Source: Harriotta raleighana (lineage: Eukaryota). Taken from it: a stretch of DNA of 64,000 nucleotides. This document shows positions 26,001 to 38,177 of this stretch, in pieces. The notes below the pieces were generated by a model that saw nothing but the letters and a program-made list of their open reading frames with translations, had not been told where the DNA came from and did no database searches. Numbering within the stretch: position 1 is the stretch's first letter; each line of letters begins with the position of its first letter. The position numbers and the translations under genes are program-made. The stretch lies in contig JBNZDD010013598.1 of NCBI GenBank assembly GCA_050575255.1, positions 2,000,607 through 2,064,606 on the forward strand. Direction: 5' to 3'.

Positions 26001-27680
26001 CCCTGAAAGAGAATTAAATGGTTGTTGGTGGGCAGGATGTGAAGTAGACTAGACTGTACACTTCATACCATAAAGTGTTCAGCTGGTCTGGTTGGCATTG
26101 ATACCAGTTTGCTTCCTGTACAACTAAGCTAGAGGTTTCATTCAAGTGCAGTAAATCAGATGCCTCGATTTACATATTACCTACCGGAGAGTCTATAATG
26201 AGGCGATTCAGTAGGTAAAACAAGTGTGGAATTGCGATGGTGCCCAAACCAGAGTTGTTTGATGAGGTGGCAGCATGAATTTAAGGCCCACGGAGGTGTA
26301 CTCGTATTTAGATGCAGAGGCAAACTCAGAAATAATAATCTTTGCATTTGATGTTGCGACTAATCACGTTTGTGGAGATGTCTCGAAGCGTTTCACCAGT
26401 TATAACTGTAAAGCGAATTGACTGTGTAATTTTTTGGGGGGACGAGAGTATTAAAAAAAAATCAGCCTCCATTTCCATTCCACAGTATTGAAATCTGCCT
26501 GTTTTTTCTGCATCCAGACTGCACAGCTTGGTAGATTGCTTACCAGCAGTGTGTGTGTGTGTGTGGGGGGGTTTGCTGGAATGTTTCCCTTGTTCTCAAT
26601 GGAGAAACTTCCACCCACGCCGTACCTCCTGTGTTTTTGATGTGAATAAACACTTCTGACTCAAAGCGCTCTCAGCCCACGTAATGTCCCTAGTGCTTAA
26701 TACCAAGCCTCGGATACTCCATGCTCATCACTGAAGAGGGTTCAGTGATAAGGGATCTCTCTGTTAATGCTCTATACAGTTGCATTGATTTCTTTTTAAT
26801 TTAAAAAAAGGCAAAGTTGACATTTGTTGGTCCCGATGTGTGTCTGCAACATTTAGAGATTCTGATATCCTCCCTTTTCCTCCCCACCCCTTCCCCAGAG
26901 TACAACGTTTGGATGGATAGATGTCCTCAAATGGGATTGATTCGGTCCACAGTGACCAGCAAGGGGGGAAGGTAGGAAAGTCCCTGTCCTTGAGACATCC
27001 TCCTGACGTGAAAAGGAGCGCTGTATAAATGCAATTTGTTGTTGCTGCAGAACGCGGGTTGTAAGCAGACCCCCCAGCAGACACATACATACAGAGAGAG
27101 AGAGAGAGAGAGAGAGAGCTAAAAAGTGGCTGGGGTTGAAGGGTGGCTGACCAGAGACAGTCAAGCTCCTGTTCAAATCAGCCTTCAATGCCTCACGCTG
27201 GACAAGAGCGGCGTGATTTACAGTGCACACACCATCCTGCGTGAAATGCTGTTCTGTTAGGGTCTGCTCACAGGCACAAAGTCTGCCTTTGTCCCTGGCA
27301 GAGACAGAGAGAGAGAGGAAAAAAAAGGATTTTTTTTTTGCTCTCGGGGCCTGACCAAGTGTACATGACACTCCAAACTCTCTTTTGTAAACTCACATTT
27401 TGCAGAGTGTCGGACAATGACAACAATCCCGATAGTCACTTGGCATTAGACAGTCGCCTCTCTTGAGCTTGAGAAAAAGAAGTGCTTGTGGCAGGAAATT
27501 TTAATGAGGGGGTCATTGGAGACAGGGGAGGGGGTGGGGGGGGGAAGGGGGGAGCTGGAGGGAGACACTGGGAACTCACAGAGGGGGTCTCTCTGTCAAG
27601 ACTTCGAACGGAGACTTGGCTTACAAAGAAATGCTTCTTGTTTTTAAAAAAAATTAATATATAAAACAAATTGGTGGGAG

Positions 27681-27711
<31 letters not shown>

Positions 27712-29201
27712 TGCACGCGCTTTTCAGGAGATTCCAGCTTCCAGAGGCTCACACCTGCGTCGACGTAAATCCTCCGCCACCTTCCTAACATTCAGCACAA
27801 CCTGTTGAGTTAGAGACGCGCGAACTCAGGAAGGTATTTTGTTTTCAAATCCCTTCTTTTCCTGTCCGATGGGAAAGTCAGTTTCCCCCCCCCCCCCATT
27901 AATCCCGGCGTTTTTTCCCCCCCTGCAGGTTAACTGGATGTAAACAGCAAGCTCGCTCGCAGGAAAAGTGACAAGTTGTTGTTTTATGGAGTCACGATTG
28001 TTTAAAATCCTTGCGAAACAGCTGAAATGGGCGAGTTCAGTACTATTTCTTTTGTAAATATTGTTTAAAATTTAAAAACCCTATATACATATTCATCCCC
28101 GGCCAAAAAAACAACCTGAAGGGGGGAAAGCAAAGACTCCTCTCAAAGAATACTTGACGTCTTGTTTTATTTTAAAATGCTCACTGATTGCTGGTCAATG
28201 AATATGCCAGGTGCAATGTCTGTCTGCTTGAACTCCTTCTGCAAGATTTATGACTAGCTCCACGCAGCAGAAAACGTAGTCATAAAGCAATGTGTGTGGA
28301 AAAATGTGTGTTGGGCTGAGTGTGTGTGTGTGTGCGCGTGTGTGTCTGTTTCTTTTTAAATGAGTTCCAATACACACTCAGTATCCAAACGGTCAATCTA
28401 ACTGCCTGCCCATCAACCTCCATATGCCACAACAGAGCTCCTATTCTACCACAGCCTGAGTTAATCTGCTCTGTGGGACTAAAAAGCATCTTTGTGTGAT
28501 CACTGGCCCTTTATCCATTCTTCCCTTCCAAAACAGGATTCGTCCACAACCACCAGCCAAATCTTTCTACCTGCTCAATCCTACAGCACAGCTAGTGAGA
28601 GACTTCAACTCATCTCGCAAACAGTGGAGGGTAGTTTCCTCTTCCACCCCCCCCCCCCCTTCCCCACCCCAAATACAGACCCCTCTTGTAAAAAGCAAAT
28701 ATTTAGAAAAGCGAGAGGAATTGAAGGGGTTGTGTTTTTTTTTCTCTCTCACCCACAACCCCCCGACCGCCCCCCCCCCNCCCCCTCCCCGTTGTTGGCA
28801 AGCCAATTATGTTTGCATTCGTTTTAAGTTTGAAGTTGTGTAAGTCTCACTGGTGCTTTACTGAATTGATGTGCAATGGAGTATAGAGTTAGCGTTCAGG
28901 CTTATACATCCCTTTTGTGCTTTGTGCACTTAAAAAAAAATGTCACCGTAACCCTCAGCTACTTTAACTAGTCACAGAACTCTTTTGGATCTGATTCAGA
29001 AGTGCACATGCGTTTTGGAAAAGAACATTTTTTTAAAATAAAAAAACACAACACATACACACACACACACACACACACAAAGCAGCCATTTTAAAAACCT
29101 TTCTATGCAAAATACATTTATTTCCCTTTCTTGCGTATTTGATCCTTACTTTGCAAAAACATAGCTTTGCATTTAACCCCTTGTATGCCCAGGAGAGCCC
29201 C

Positions 29202-29284
<83 letters not shown>

Positions 29285-30206
29285 NAAGAATTTGAAACGA
29301 AATGAGTTCTAGGCGGTGGATTCATGAGAGATCCTGTATGCAAAATACCCGCTGTTAAAAAGGGGCTTGAAAAGGATAGATGGTAAAATTATAAGTACTG
29401 TATTTGCAGCCAGTTCACTTTACGATATCAACCAAACCTAGTTTGAAACAAAAATAGGATGCTGCGATCATCGTGTATTCAGCAATACCCGCTTTCTGGA
29501 AATGTGAAGGATGGAAAATCCTGCAGGTGTCTCTATAGTGGGCTGCTGCTATAATACAGCTTTTATTTGAACATCTGTAGAGTTGACACAGCTGAAAAAT
29601 ACACAAACTTACTCAAGTTACCTTTCAAGACTGAACTAAGAACTCTCGCTCTGGATACGCCTTATTACACGGTCGAAGCGGCCGAGTGCCTCACAGCCAC
29701 TTACTGTGAAGTGTAGTGACTGTTTGGTAGGGCATGTGAAAATAAGCCTGGGAGAGAGAGAAAGAGAGAGGGGGGGGTTGTGGTTAAGAGCCTTTTTAGA
29801 TTTTGTTTCAAAAAAAGGCATCAGAAGTTATCGAATCACCGAAGCAGACCTTTCAAGGGTAAACGTGTAAATATAAAGTTGTGAAATCTCCATCAACACC
29901 AGTTTGGAGACAAGCAAAGGCCAAACGCAACGCCAAAAAGAAGAGACATCTCTTCCATAGAGAGCTTCAGGTTAATATTGTAAGGCAACTGTGCATTTTC
30001 CCCAAGCCGGGAGCAGGGAGAGAAGTTGAAGTGAGAGAGAGCACACAAACCCTTTTACCTCGATATTTTGGCTTACAACAACAAACAACCAAATTACGTT
30101 GATAGAGCGCCTTTCACGTCGGGAGGACGTCTGAAGCCAATGAACGCTGTACCACATTGTATGAATACCATACAATTCAATACCTGAATTCAATAATTCG
30201 ATACCT

Positions 30207-30258
30207 GAATGAATGAATGAATGAATGAATGAATGAATGAATGAATGAATGAATGAAT
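30207..30258. repeat. (GAAT)n microsatellite
   Basis: About 13 perfect units. Confidence 0.95.
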
Positions 30259-30389
30259 GTAGGTGTGGTAATGACCCTTTTCAAGAAAATATCGCGGGGA
30301 GTGAAAAATGGCCTTTTATATGGTTAGATTATCATTTTGTTTTAAACCCAACGTGAAATACCTTGCCTGTGCATCCGCTACAGTGCCTC

Positions 30390-30603
30390 ACATTTCAAGG
30401 CGACACTGCAAAGTGCTTCACGGGATTTACTGTAAAGCAGAGCCACTGGATTATTTTCTGGGCCAAAGTGGCAGCCAATGTTTGTACATCAATGTTGCCA
30501 CAACACAACCACAAAGTGAATGATCCATTTTATTTGCTGGAACTGGACTGTTGTTCAGGGAGAAACTCCCTTCTGTTTCAAGTAGTGCCCCGGGATCGTT
30601 AAC
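30390..30603 (-). mobile_element. Deu-domain SINE fragment
   Basis: GGGAGAAACTCCC...GGGATCGTTAAC and GCAGCCAAT segments, shared with the 11025-11460 copy. Confidence 0.65.
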
Positions 30604-30903
30604 ATAATAATAATATTACTACTAATAACAATCCTTGCATTTGATGCAGCATTTTTCACATTTTTTTATATAGACATTGCACAGCAATTCACAGTATATA
30701 CTGTAATTTTCTAAAGTGAATTGACTGTATACATGCACAGCAGTATCCCACATACAGTGATGGATTGAAATGACCAATTTTGTTTTATAGAGAGATTATT
30801 ATCAGGCGTGTGGAGTAAGGAAACTTGCCCAAGATTTCACCCTGTCTGGATTCGAACCTAAGCCTCTCGCTTGTAAGGCGAGTGCTCTAACCACTGAGCC
30901 ACA
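30604..30903 (-). mobile_element. tRNA-derived SINE (SINE2-1_CM-like)
   Basis: Head with perfect anticodon stem CTCGC-CTTACAA-GCGAG, internal deletions, (ATT)n tail. Confidence 0.9.
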
Positions 30904-31489
30904 ATAGCTGACCAAGTGGATGGGACCTTTGGTTTAATGTCACATACAAAGGACTGTGTGGGCAAGCTACAAAGGGCTTTTATGCATTTTTAAAATATAT
31001 ATATATTATATATATATCTATAAAGATTTGTTTCCTCTGGTCTCATTGTTATTATCTAATAGGATTTCCAATTCACCAATCGTTTGAAAAAATACGTTGA
31101 GTCTTCTGCTTGTAGGTAGGTAACTGCAGAACTTTGCTTTAATGGGCGATTATCTGAGCTAAATGATGTCAGAGGCCTCCAAGGTAATATTCTTGTTTCC
31201 TTTTTTTTCCTCAGTACTGAGTCCCACTAGTCTTATTTCACTTTCTCTTTCAGGGGTGAAAAAGCAAGGTCAAGAGATAGTCAAACCCATTATATATCAG
31301 CGAAAGCCACATTCTACCCTTTTTTTAAATATATATTCTTGTTGTTGTTGCAAATGTTGGTGGACCTTTTCCGGACACTTCAACTCTGAGCTCCGCGAAG
31401 ACTTCTAACTCGACGAAGAGTCACTAACCTGAAACGTGCACTCATTTACCTGAAACACAAAACTGTTCTCCTCTCTCCATAGATGCTGC

Positions 31490-31775
31490 CTCTGCTGCCC
31501 CACCATCAGCAGTTGGACTTTCAGTCTTTCTACCCCCGGCCTCCAGAACTCCAATATGGAGACCCTTTGGCTTGGCCTCTCCCTTGCCTCCTCCAAGGTC
31601 CAACTGAAGACATTCCTCTTTGACCGCGCCTTCAGTCATCCTCAATACCCCCCAATCCCCCCTTCCCCATTCCCCCTTTGCCCTCCACCCCTCTCAGTTA
31701 CAAGCCCTTGACTGTCCGGCACCTTGGAACATTCCCCCAGCGCGGATGTACGAATGCAATTTGTTGTTATTGTTG
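31490..31775 (+). mobile_element. L2 LINE 3' end (ORF2 C-terminus and tail)
   Basis: Translates ...SLASSKVQLKTFLFDRAF (L2 motif FKxxLKTxLFxxAF) and ends AATGCAATTTGTTGTTATTGTTG. Confidence 0.75.
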
Positions 31776-32934
31776 ACGCACAATGTCACATCCACTTGCT
31801 TAAATAATCACAAGATTACAGTAAAAACTAACTTTACACCATTTGGTGTTTCCGTTTCACTTCAAGCCAAAACCTACAGAGCTTTAGAAAGTGCAAGCTG
31901 CTCAATGTATTGAAGTTGGCAAGAATGGGCCTTTATATTATTGAACTCCTGAAGGCAAACGAGGGATGGGGGGGGGAGGGAGGGAATGCAATCTATGTGC
32001 ACAATGTATATACTCAGAGAATCTACAAAACAGCTGTAGCACTTTTGCTCTTTTTTAAAAAAAATACTACAATCGCAGGAAAAGTAGGTGAAAAGAAAAA
32101 GACCACTAGAATCCTCAAAGTACTGCGGAGAGCCTGGTACGGAGAGCTCGGTTTATTCTGACAGGAAATTAAAAACCCCAAGTGGACAACATGCAATACG
32201 TAAAACGTGGTACTGAGCCATACAGACAAGGAAGACTCAATTTCTGTTCTGTGATGTGATCACTCAATCTCAGGCCGGAGGGGGGGGGGGAGGTGGGGGG
32301 GAGGGCAGGCGAGAGAGAGAGAGAGAGAGAGAAAGTGAGAGCAATTGATTCACTCCACAGACTTCAACATCTCCAAGTGAAGGTTGGTTAAGTGGTGGTG
32401 GCGGTGGTGGTGGTGGGGTTGGGGGTGTGGAGAGAGGGGAAGAGAACCCCCAGTCCCTCTTGTTTGCGAGGCGAGTGCTCCAAGTGAGAGTCAGAGAGAG
32501 AGAGAGAGAGAGAGAAATAAGAGTGAGCGCTATAATCCAAACAAACTGTACAGCAACCAAAATCGTGTCTGGAAATCCACCAGATTAATACATCAGCCTG
32601 GAGCACCTGGTATTTTGTTGGGAGGGCCAGCAGAAAGCCTGTGCTTGCATTTCCAGCGACTCTGAATGGCATTTTTCAGTCCGCCCGTCCGCACATCACA
32701 CAAGTTGCTTTAATCCACTTTAATGTGCGGTGCATTCCGTGACACGCTTCGAGACGTCTCGATGATGTGATCAGGCGCGAGATCATCAAATGCAAGGATC
32801 ACTGGCGTCATCAGCGTCGGAATCACAACACTGATGATCTTTGCATTTGGAATAGCGGGTTTCACGCCTTCCAGACGTCTCGCGTCACAGCGCCTTGGGA
32901 CGTCCACCCGACGGGAAAAGCGCTTTCCAGGCGT

Positions 32935-33112
32935 AATTTTGTGGTTGTTGTCGTCTCAAGAGCGTTTCACAGAATATACCGGAAAGTGAATCAATCGACT
33001 GTAATATTTTGTGGGTGAAACGCGGCAACCAATTGCGCACAGCAGCGTCCCCACAAACAGGCGTGGATTGGGTGACTAAATTATTATTATTGGGGGTTTT
33101 TTTTTAGAGATA
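32935..33112 (-). mobile_element. SINE (same family), 3' half
   Basis: GAAACGCGGCAACCAATTGCGCACAGCAGCGTCCCCACAAACAG is the reverse complement of the family core. Confidence 0.85.
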
Positions 33113-34054
33113 ATCTTTCTACTACCCCCCACCCACACATCCACCACCCCCCCACATACACACACAGCCATAATGGAACAAGGCAGGCAATGGGACGTGA
33201 TGCCAATTCCAGTTATAAACGGTGAAACTAAGATGAATGGCTACTGTCATGGGTTGTCCAATTTCAACCCAACGTGTGTCTGTGTGTCTGTCTGTGTGTG
33301 TGAAAGAGAGATGTGTGTTAACACAAGAGGAGGAAGAGAGTGGCTCCACCCTTATTACATTGCAATTGGTCTTTGGAGCTTCCACCCCCCCCCCCAACCA
33401 CCCCCTCATTGAAAAGCACAGATGACAAGTCAGTCAAGGAGCCGACAGAGCAAATTGAGCTACTCTATGGGCGACTTGACAGGTGCAACAGAGAGAGAGA
33501 GAAAGAGAAAGAGTGAGAAAGAGTGAAGGAACATTCACATCACCTCGCCTGTTTCACACCGTGTTAAGTAAGGATGGATGGGTGGGTGGGAGAGGGGGAG
33601 AAAGAAAGAAAGAAAGAGAGACAGAGACTGAATAAGGGGGAGATAGAGATAGATAGAAAGAGGGAAATAAAACTACTGTACAGGGAAGTGTGAGGTTAGC
33701 TTATATGCATAGCAGAGTGCTAAAGTCATGACCTCCTCCCTATCCCTTCCCTTCCACATCTCCCTCATTCTCTTCCCTTCCCCCTACACACACCCTCTCC
33801 CCTCTCCCCACACACACACACACACACACACAGACCCTCTATCCCACCCACCCACCCACCCACATACACACACAAAAGCCAAACTGACTGTCTAGTCAGG
33901 TGCATTGACCCAACCTCAGTGATTTTCCACACCAAGTGTGGTTTAGTGTCAAGAGACCCAGCAGTGATTGATGAAGGGGGGGGAGGAGGGGGGATTTATT
34001 GGGGAGCACAACTGTGAGAGTGTTTGTGTGAGAGTGGGTGTGTGTTTCTGTGTG

Positions 34055-34088
34055 NNNNNNNNNNNNNNNNNNNNNNNNNNNNNNNNNN
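34055..34088. other. Assembly gap (N run)
   Basis: Run of Ns flanked by (TG)n and poly-C. Confidence 0.99.
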
Positions 34089-35492
34089 CCCCCCCCCCCC
34101 CCTCCAAAAAAAAGAGAAAAATAGGGAGGAAAAAATAAAATCCACTGGTTTTACGTGTTCAGAATAAATCCACTCAATAAACCTGTGCAGGATAGATCCA
34201 GGGGCGTTTTCAAAACATCGATTGGATATAATAATCATCATTAAACGTCCTTGTGTAGAGTCTATCAATCCATCCATCCCATCCCATCTCATCCCATTGC
34301 GACTTGCACTCCAATGGAGAGAAAACAAATTCTCTCCACCCCAAAAAAAAGCCAGTAACAATATTTCCCAAACATTTCGAATTGAAGCAATATTTTTTTC
34401 TCTCTTCTCCCCCCCCCCACCCCCTCTCCAGTAACCATTTTCAATCAAAATCGAAGGTTGGATATTCATTCCCACGTTGAGAGACGAAGAAGCAGAGGAA
34501 GAGGAAGAAGACGAGAGAGATTTTTTTTGAAATACCCTTTTTTTGTTGGGGAAAAAAAACAATTCCCTCTGATATCTCTCTCCCTCTCTCCTCCCCCCCC
34601 CCCCCCCCCCCCAACCAAAGGCTGTTGTTGTAGATGTAGAAGATTTATTTCCATCCAGGGCTGGAGATGGAGGTGGGGTGGAGGGGGTACATCAACAAAA
34701 TAAATCGATTGGATGAATATTTCCACTGATTTCAAGCCTCCCAAGAATAAAGTGTTGAAAGCATTCTTTTTCCCCCATCCACACACACACACACACAAAA
34801 AAAAATAATGATTTTGAGGCTTCAATGCAAACTCCCAGTAAATCCGACCAATATCCTTTATGGATGTGTTTTTTTTTCTCCTCTTCTTCTTCTGTTTCTT
34901 CTTTTTCTTTTTCTTCTTCTTCTTTCTTTCTTTCTCTTCTGGCAGTGCTGGAGGGAAACAATCAGTCCCAAACCAGGGTGGGTGTTGGGATGTGGATGTG
35001 TACAGTTGGTATCAACTCCTTATATCNCCAGTAAATCCGACCAATATCCTTTATGGATGTGTTTTTTTTTCTCCTCTTCTTCTTCTGTTTCTTCTTTTTC
35101 TTTTTCTTCTTCTTTCTTTCTTTCTCTTCTGGCAGTGCTGGAGGGAAACAATCAGTCCCAAACCAGGGTGGGTGTTGGGATGTGGATGTGTACAGTTGGT
35201 ATCAACTCCTTATATCCAATATGGATTTGCTCCAATTCCTTTTCAAGTCAACAACAACGATTAACAACGACACCCACACAAAAAAAATCCCCCAACAACA
35301 ACAACAACAACAACAGGGGGGGGGGGGGGAGGGTCATTAATGTACCATACAATTCTCTTCTCTTCCTTCTTTCCACCCCCCAAAAAATAAAAAGAAATTA
35401 TCCTGGAAAAGACGTATTTATCCTTAATACTTCTGGAATGATGATTTGAATTATTTCCACAGATTGGCAGCTGTCTTGTTGCTTTGCTCCCA

Positions 35493-35670
35493 AACACACA
35501 CACACACATACATATACACAGTCAGTCAGTCAGTCAGTCAGCAATGTCCCTTTTGAATGGGAGTGGAACACATCCCCCAGTGTGTGGGGCTGAGAGCTGC
35601 TCACTCACTCACTCACTCACTGACTCATTCACTCACTCACTGACTCATTCACTCACTCACACACATACAT
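35493..35670. repeat. Compound microsatellites (CA)n, (CAGT)n and (ACTC)n next to the CpG promoter
   Basis: Seen directly. Confidence 0.9.
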
Positions 35671-35779
35671 ACACTGTAGCCACTGTGTACACGGCTGCTT
35701 ATGCGTGAGAATGAACCATGTACTTACTATACACCAGAGGAGAGGTGGTGGTGGTGGGGGGGGGGGGGGGGGGCTCAAC

Positions 35780-36095
35780 CTAACCTGGTGGGCGTCGGTC
35801 TGAGAGATTGACCAATCGGCGAGCGCGGCTGCGCATTCCTCTCCCGGCCCGGACCAATGGGCGAGCGAGGAGAGACAATCGCAGGCGGGGCGTGATCGAA
35901 GGTGGGCGGGAGGAGGAGAAAGGAGGGAGGGAGGGGGGGGGGGCGGGCCGGAGGGGTAAGAGCCTGGCGCGGCGCCTGTCGGGAGTTGTAGTTCCTTCTC
36001 CCGCTGCCCAATGCGGCAGCTGGTCTGGGTGAGGACCACAGCTCCCAGGGGGCGCCGCGCGCCCTGATACATTGCCCTGCGGTGGGGTTCAAGGT
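35780..36095. promoter_or_regulatory. CpG-island RNA polymerase II promoter (gene and direction not determined)
   Basis: Locally very GC- and CpG-rich. CCAAT boxes at 35812-35816 (TGACCAATCGG), 35854-35858 (GGACCAATGG) and 36008-36012. GC boxes (GGGCGG) near 35904 and 35941. GGGGCGTGAT (SRE-like) at 35887-35896. ACTACAACTCCCGACAGGC on the minus strand at 35974-35992. I saw no SINEs between about 33.1 and 36.3 kb. Confidence 0.8.
35974..35992 (-). promoter_or_regulatory. ZNF143/THAP11-type composite motif (ACTACAAYTCCC...)
   Basis: Reverse complement reads ACTACAACTCCCGACAGGC, matching the known ACTACAAYTCCCAGNATGC promoter motif, inside a CpG island. Confidence 0.7.
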
Positions 36096-36299
36096 GGGTT
36101 GCACGGTGGGGAGGTGCTCACTGCTTTGGTCTAAGGGAATAAATCTTATTGTGGTTTTTTGGGTTATTGTCATTACTATTTCTAACCAAACAACACCCAC
36201 CCCCCTCCCCCCACTATCTTTCATCTGTCTGAAGCACATATGATTACTGGACCAGATTAGACCACTGGTATATTCCCAAACCAATTCTTATTAGATAGC

Positions 36300-36545
36300 A
36301 ATAAATAATCCTTTGCATTTGCTATGGGGCTTTTGCCCACTTCTTCTAGGCGTCTCAAAAGCGCTTCACAAGAATATGCTGTAAAGTGAATCGACTGCGT
36401 GTGTTTTGTGTGGGGGGGGTAACGCGGCAGCCGATCGCGCACGGCAGCGTTNCACAAACAGAAAATCACCCATTTCTTATTGTTTTATTTGGAGGGATTG
36501 CTATCAGGGCGTGTTGGCGAAAGGAAACTTGGTCAAGGTTTCTCA
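36300..36545 (-). mobile_element. SINE (same family), 5'-truncated
   Basis: AATAATCCTTTGCATTTG tail, core and GGAAACTTGG segment on the reverse strand. Confidence 0.85.
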
Positions 36546-38177
36546 TTCCGGGATTCCCTTGTTCCTTAAACTGGAGTGAGATCCATCTCTGGAACAGAAA
36601 GAGAAAGAGAGAGAGAGACAAAGATGAGTAACAAAAAAAAAAGAGGCGGTTGTGTGCAAAGCAATGGTTAAGGTCAGGGGGTGGTTGGGGGGGAAGGGGG
36701 TTAAGTTGAGTAAAGTGGAGAAATTATAAAGAGTAATATTATCATCAAATGGTTATTAAAAAAAAATGTCAGAACCTTCGCCGGAAGATAGAAGCAGCGA
36801 GGACCCAATATCTAGAACAATATAACAAACTATAGCAATCCCCACATTGATTTGTGAGTCCTAGAGATGATCAGGCACTTTGAAAAATAAATACTGGAAC
36901 TCCAATACACACGATCAGCTCTTGAATGCCCAGCCAAATACATGGCCAACCATTGCTTTTCAGAACAGTACAAAACACTGGGCTATAAATTGATTTGCTG
37001 AAATAGTTTGCAAAATCATAGCATTGATCAAAGTTGAAAAGCACGTCCATTGATTATTGGAATTGTAATGAGTAAAATTCAAAGATGGAATCAAATACAT
37101 AGCTGGTAGAGTCAGATACAAGCAGTGATTAAATTGGTTATTCTTTCTATGTCTATGAGCCTTGTTGCTGCTTCACTAAAACACAAGTCACTACACTCGA
37201 CAGTAAATCTTGCGAAGTGCTTTGAGACGTCCTGAAGACACAACAAGGTTCTGTATCTATCAAATACATGGATTATCATTATTCAATTGTATTTAAAATA
37301 CATCAGGTTTTGGATTCTCTCAACTAGATTTACATTTCCTCCCCAATCTTGGGTTCAACCATATTAGCTTTGTGAGAGTCAATGTTATATCATTTATATG
37401 GTCAGAAAAATGTTCCAAGTGCAATAAAGTCCCAAGCCTTAAACCAAATAACTTTGAGTTAAAATCTTATCAATCATTTTATCGTTTTATCAGTCATTAT
37501 CAGTCAGCCTTCTGTTAAAACGCTTCAGAGGACAGACAGACAGACAAGACAGACAGACAGGTCGCTGGAATTTAATTTTTTTTTCTTTCCCTCCCCACTC
37601 TCACCCACCCCCACCCCCAAAGAAATGATGATTGAACAGACTTGTCAATTTGGCGGATCAGAAAGAAAATAAGAGCCCCTGTGTTTGAATTATACATTTG
37701 GGAGGTGAGGAGTATTTTCTTTTGTTGCAGCAAGCAAGCAGGGGGGGGGGGAAAAAAACTTTTGAAAGTTTTATTTTTTATAAAATATATATATTTTTTG
37801 AAGAAAAAAAACACACACACATAAGGCTTTAGTGCTCCCTGTTACACTGTGAAACATTAAATATTATTGTTTGGCAAGTAGGCTTTTATCGTGTTGCCCT
37901 AGGCACTGGCTTAATAGTTTGAATAACACATGCACTAATCAGTATCATTCCTGTGGATCACGTTAATGAATGAACTTCTTGTTCAGCTACCTGACGTTGA
38001 AATTCCTACTTAGCCCGGGGCACCCATTTCTCCTCCTCGGTATCTTTTAAAGTGTTTAGCACGCACCTCAAGAGAGAGAGAGAGAGAGACACACACACAG
38101 AGAGAGAGTAAAAAAATAAATCACGGTCTGGATTAACTGGATGGGTAAAGTTTGAACATGAGAGAAAAAAAAATACT

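Noticed and set aside
29203-29285. Very long poly-C/poly-G tracts (also 40402-40463 and 63383-63474) as G-quadruplex or poly-Pro/Gly elements
   Set aside because: All abut or contain Ns, so their length is unreliable; probably sequencing artefacts.
29622-29747. Minus-strand exon candidate with an acceptor at 29747 and three possible donors
   Set aside because: The body resembles a degraded Deu-SINE 3' tail, the pyrimidine tract is a (CT)n microsatellite, and no known protein is encoded. Exonisation cannot be supported without RNA-seq.
34808-35449. 213-aa hydrophobic ORF with an internal repeat (also 6945-7604 and 59567-60244)
   Set aside because: Built from (TTC)n, (GA)n or (CA)n tracts and N-split assembly duplications.
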